Positions 59,401-64,000 of a DNA stretch of 64,000 nt are shown here, piece by piece (within the stretch, counting starts at the first letter, position 1; each line of letters opens with the position of its first letter). This DNA is from Rhodosorus marinus CCMP1338 (taxonomy: Eukaryota; Plantae; Rhodophyta), in contig JAMWBK010000009.1 in NCBI GenBank assembly GCA_029953675.1, positions 186,001-250,000 on the forward strand, given 5' to 3'. The translations under genes and the position numbers were made by a program. The notes under the pieces were generated by a model. That model was not told the DNA's origin. It saw only the letters and a list, made by a program, of their open reading frames with translations, and did not search any database.

Positions 59401-62189
59401 ATTGGCGGAGTCGCAGCTGTCTCCTCGCGTGCATCTGAGGCGACATGAGAGCGAATAAGGGACGCAACCGTTGTGTCCTTCGCCATGAGCTCATCGTACG
59501 TGCCACGCTCAGCTACTTCCCCATTCTTCAGGAAACAGATTTGGTTCACATGGGGAGAGTTAAGGTAATGCAGTTGGTTCGTGACAAACACTCTCGTCTT
59601 GTCCCTAAGGTCGCCAGCAATGCATTCCTTGAATATATGAGCCCCAACCGAGGCGTCAACGGCAGACAACGGATCGTCAAGAAGGTATACATCCGCATCT
59701 GAATAAACAGCCCTTGCCAATGACACTCGCTGCCTCTGCCCACCGCTGAGATTCACCCCACGGCTTCCAATCTCCGTCTCGTCCCCTGCCGTAAGCAAAG
59801 CGAGATCCTTTTCTAGTGCGGTCACATGAAGAGCTCGCTTATACCTTTCGTCGTCGTACTCTTCACCGAACAGGATGTTATCCTTCAGAGACGCGTTAAA
59901 TATGAAAGCAGTTTGATCCACAAACGCAACCTTGGCTCCGGGTCTGATGGCACAGTAGCCGCTCATTAGAAAAGCTTCATGCAAAAGACCGCACAACAGG
60001 GTCGATTTCCCACTACCAGTCTGACCGACAACCACGCAGAGATCACCTGTGGGAATCTAGGAAGAACACAAAACAAACAGGCCATTCAGTCTCCCAGTCG
60101 GGGCTTTGAAGTCAGCGACGGTCAAAGTTCCCAGAATCGAGCTCCAAGGCCGCAAGAATCCAGCGCTGCTGCGTAGCTTGCTTTGTGCGAGCTTTCTTAC
60201 TGTCAGGGATACCCCGGAGAGAATTGGACCAACCGTTTGGTGGCTACTGAGCGATCGATCCCAGGAAAAGGTGGCCCCGCATGCGTAAATGTCGGCCCCT
60301 TCATCGAAGTATTTTTGGTGCTTTAAGGTCTTCTTCCTGGGCGGCGGGGAGACCTCGTCAGCGCCCAAGAAGTCTTCGAGACGGTTGATGGAAGCCTTTG
60401 CTTGTGCGAGTGAGACGAGGACGTTGGGCAGAAACAGCAGAGGCGCCCTCAGAACGTTCAGAAGTGCGATTGCTGGGAAAACAACAGCGGGGTCCAGTGG
60501 ATTACCCATGAGCGCATAAGTTCCGATCGACACCGTAGAAAGGATGACAGGGAGCGTGGATACTACTGTAGAAGCTCCCGCAGAGTAGAAAAGCGCCTTT
60601 CTTATCCAATCAAGTTCGATATTCCGAAGCTTTAACACCCGCGCAACAAAGGAATCTTCCCACGCGTAGAACTTGATCACCTTGATCCCTTGAAAGATCT
60701 CGGAAAGGGTTTTCACCCTCTCGTCCGTACTGCTCAGAGCCATCTCCCTCGCGTGTCGAATCCTTGACATTAGCTGTCCCTGTAGTGGGGAGTTGATAAG
60801 GCAAATGACAATTCCGGCGATCGTAGGTACCACCCCAAGCAGTTGTACCAGAAGGATGAATGCAATACAGATCTGGAAAACCCCCGACCAGAGGTAGTTC
60901 AAGAACATCACGAGATCTGATAATCTGCGAGCATCGTTTGCCATAAGGTTCTGAACTGCGCCAGAGGAAAAATGTCCTCGTCCTTCCGCAGATAATCTGC
61001 AGCTCTTGTCAAAGACGGTCCACATCAGCGCACTTCTAGTTCTAGTGGATACAATGTTCACCGCGTGAAAGTATTGGTTGAATGAACCGGACTGAACAAA
61101 GTAGCTCAAAATGAGCCCAATGGACAACCAGATGCCCTCCCAGACTTCAACAGAGTCATCCCTGTATTCTTGAAGGAACAGGATGATACTCTGCAGAATC
61201 AAAGGCTGGGCAAAGTTGCACAAGTCGTTTGCAATCTTGATCGTGCCTGCGAGAAGCAGCTCGCGACCAAAAACCTTCACAAGCACCGCTGAAAGGGACG
61301 GCTTCGGCTTCGTCGCTTCCGCCTTCCAAGCGGATCCAAATGTCTGAACGTGAAACACAGAGCTTGCTTAGCAAAAATTAACGGCTTAGGGGCGCTGCTC
61401 AACCTGTAGAAGGATCGCTTTGCGTGGGGGAAGGAAGAGGGGCGGCTATGTCCGTTCAATACTTACGCGTCTTCCGACATCGTCGGCGGCCATGTGAGGT
61501 GCAAGATCTGGGAGGTCTTCGCGATTGATTTGTCTCTCTGAGCCAATCCGGATAAGTTTGTTCATGTACGAAAACATCAGGAGATATATTGCTGGCGCTT
61601 TCCTGCCAGAAGGAGGGAGTACGCTGTCCCTCCCGGACCGATCATCGAACTCGTCAACGGAGCCGCTGAGAAGAAGCTCGTCCTCGCCATTATCTTCCGA
61701 GATCTCGTGACTGGCATCACCCCTCCGTTTTCTTTCCCTTGCGACTTGGACGCCTTGAGAAGCAAAATTAACAACAGCAATAGACGCAGGAACAGCAGAT
61801 GCTCCAGATGCAAGCACCAGCCAGGTTTCATCAGTTAAAATGTAAAGAACAGCGGTAACTGCGAAGTAAGAAATGCTGAATCCATGAAGTAGGTACGGAA
61901 TCTCAAAGTTTCGAGTAGCGACCCTCAGCACAAGAACAAACCATGCAGCAGACGAGCTCTGCCAGCTGATATCCGTAAACGTCCTTGGTAACAAGAACGG
62001 TGAAATCAATATCAACAACCCCGGAATCAAGCAGCCGATCCCTCTTCCAAAATGTACAAGCCCCTTCTTCGACTTCAGCTTAAATTTCAGCTTCTGCGGA
62101 GTGTAAGGATCGGCTACAAGAATCTGATATATGCACACAATAAAGAACACGTCACATAAAACAGCCAGAACAGCCTCTAGCACATTCAT
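56457..62189 (-). CDS. ABCC/MRP-type ABC transporter, 8 exons (~1657 aa)
   Basis: Extra N-terminal TM region, TMD1, NBD1 (GQTGSGKS, LSGGQ, YLLDD), TMD2, NBD2 (GRTGAGKS, LSVGQ, LVLDEA). Introns 61466-61344, 60200-60057, 59299-59226, 58999-58920, 58654-58551, 58219-58092 and 56842-56737 all keep frame. Confidence 0.93.
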
Positions 62190-62799
62190 TTTGTCTCAAG
62201 TCCAGCGCCTCTCAAGACGTCCACACTCCTTCGTCCCTCCACAGCCAAACAATTTCACATTCACATCAAAAACCTCGACAGGCACTGCAAGCATCGTCTG
62301 GAAACGAAACCCTCCCCTTTTACAATCCACATCTTCGTGTCTCCGAAACAAAGTCTCACAGATAAAACAGATCCTCAACAGTTTGGAACTGATCCACTCC
62401 CCAACCAACCCCCCCTACCAGCCGAAATCTCCTGAGGTTGCCGGCTGATCTTCTCAACGCCAAACATGGGCTACATGACAGCCGGAGAAAGACAAGCAAG
62501 CTTCGGTCGTGTTCGGATTATTGAGGGAGCTGCCTTTCCCCAACCAAAGTAGCTCTCCTAATTCAATCGCCAACTCCTTGCGCTCGAGTTAGGGCAGCCG
62601 GGAGGACATAGTGTACCCCGTGTCGATCTCAGGATGTTTCTTTATCGAGTTATAAAGATTGGTCACCCTATCCTGACGTTGTTGAGGGCTGCCATTCTTG
62701 CCAACTAGATCAAAACTGAATCTACTTTTGAAACGGACGTACAAAAACAACACAGACGTTCACTCTCACGAGATCATCAGAACGGAGAAAACGTCTCGT

Positions 62800-63780
62800 A
62801 AGCTCCTCAAGCTCGTGAGCTAGGCTACCTTTCTGGTCAAAACAACCTAACCAGACGGTAAGTTCTTGTTGGACAGCAAGATCCTGTTCATCTTCCACAT
62901 GGTTCTTCTACAAAGTCTGTGAGTCTTCCGAATAGATTCTTGGTCTTGTGTACATATCTTGACATGAATTGGACCTCCGCAGAAGAGACACCTTATTACA
63001 AACAAGACTAGCGACTTCAATGTCCGCTAACAAACTGATTGCAGAGTGAGCTCGGACTTTCTAAGACCCCTGAAGCACTCTGAAAGAGGACAGCAAAGCC
63101 TAAGTCGTTAGGATTGACAGTCAAGTTGGAACAATCTATTCCATTCTTCGACGCTGGTTGACGCGCAAATGTCGAGCAGATTGACGTCTAGTTTGCATTG
63201 CTGTCGACCAAGGTTGCCGTGAAAGTCTTCTTTTTCTCGTTTGCGATGAGAGTAATCAGAGCGAGCAGGTCCTTCAAATGCTTCAAAGACATGAGCTCAG
63301 TAATCAATGCAGCAAAAAGGGCACTGACTGGCGGTTAGTAAGAGATCGGCTCGAGGGTGTGAGGTCATTTAGTATTTGGCAGTAGGTTTTGGTTTTCAAC
63401 TCGCTGCTGCTGCTTGCAAAATAAATTAGTTGGACAGTTGGTGAGCCTTCATAGAGTACGCTGACGGAAAGAGATATCTTCGAGGAAACTATTCGAGGAA
63501 ACTATTCGCAAGCTTCTCCCCCGGAAGCGATTGTATCATTAATATACAGAACAATAATCACACTTTTGTCCTTTTTGCCTTCCAAGAGGAGGATTTCTTC
63601 TTTTCAATCGTCTTGACGGACTTTGTCTTGGACTTCGACTTTGTAGTACGAGAACTCTTCTTGAGCTTCGCCTTCTCCATCGTCTCATCGTTTCCATTGA
63701 CCTGTGCAACACTGCTAGAAGAAGTCTGTAGCGGACGGGAATTGGTTGCTCAGTTTCAGCCAGCAGCACATAATGCGCGG
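62800..63780 (-). mobile_element. Possible heavily decayed Ty1/Copia relic
   Basis: Lys-rich segment plus CDYC (Gag knuckle-like) near 63560; RRTMWKMNRILLSNKNLP resembles the Copia integrase NRTL.EM.R.ML...LP motif. Many stops; similarity judged by eye only. Confidence 0.3.
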
Positions 63781-64000
63781 CTATGGCAGCTCGAGCAAAA
63801 ATCTTACCGCAAGGGAGTCAAACACGCTCTCCTTACTTCCAAAGATCTCACTCAGTTCTTTTCGACTGTAAAGCTTCACGTTCTTTCCAGATTTTCGCCT
63901 CTCAAGGAATGACGCACTTTTACTCTTCTGAGACCCTTTTTGTCTCTCCCGTTTAGTACTCTTCGGCTCTGACCCAACCGAGCCAAGGTTGGAGAGCAGG

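Noticed and set aside
1-64000. CRISPR array, rRNA, or prokaryotic defence/operon system
   Set aside because: No regularly interspaced repeats or rRNA-like sequence was seen, and the genes are spliced and eukaryotic.

Overview
Compact, intron-containing eukaryotic DNA with GT-AG introns mostly 75-140 bp. It looks red-alga-like, which is an inference from the MAF-type transit peptides, an lpxD gene and the gene density. About 16 protein-coding genes are supported once splice phases are reconciled by hand: a GDPD, REI1/ZNF622, an organellar DnaJ, an MFS transporter, two intronless VOC/glyoxalase paralogs, an NDUFB10-like complex I subunit not visible in the ORF track, panE, a 7-intron lpxD, CABIN1, three near-identical intronless Cof-type HAD phosphatases, a TLC-domain protein, an SDR and an ABCC/MRP transporter. 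Mobile DNA comprises a decayed full-length Ty3/Gypsy element (LTRs about 94% identical, an internal 122-bp foldback inverted repeat, a chromodomain relic) and a 5'-truncated CRE/R2-type RLE non-LTR retrotransposon with a (CAA)5 tail; fainter Copia-like and hAT-like relics are low confidence. The best candidate for an undescribed system is the HAD triplet. Its coding cores appear homogenised by gene conversion, and each copy has upstream copies of a dyad-symmetric motif GGCCA-N4-TGGCC (six perfect copies in about 8 kb, none noticed elsewhere) plus a conserved GTATAAATA box. All counts and alignments were done by eye; no database searches were run.
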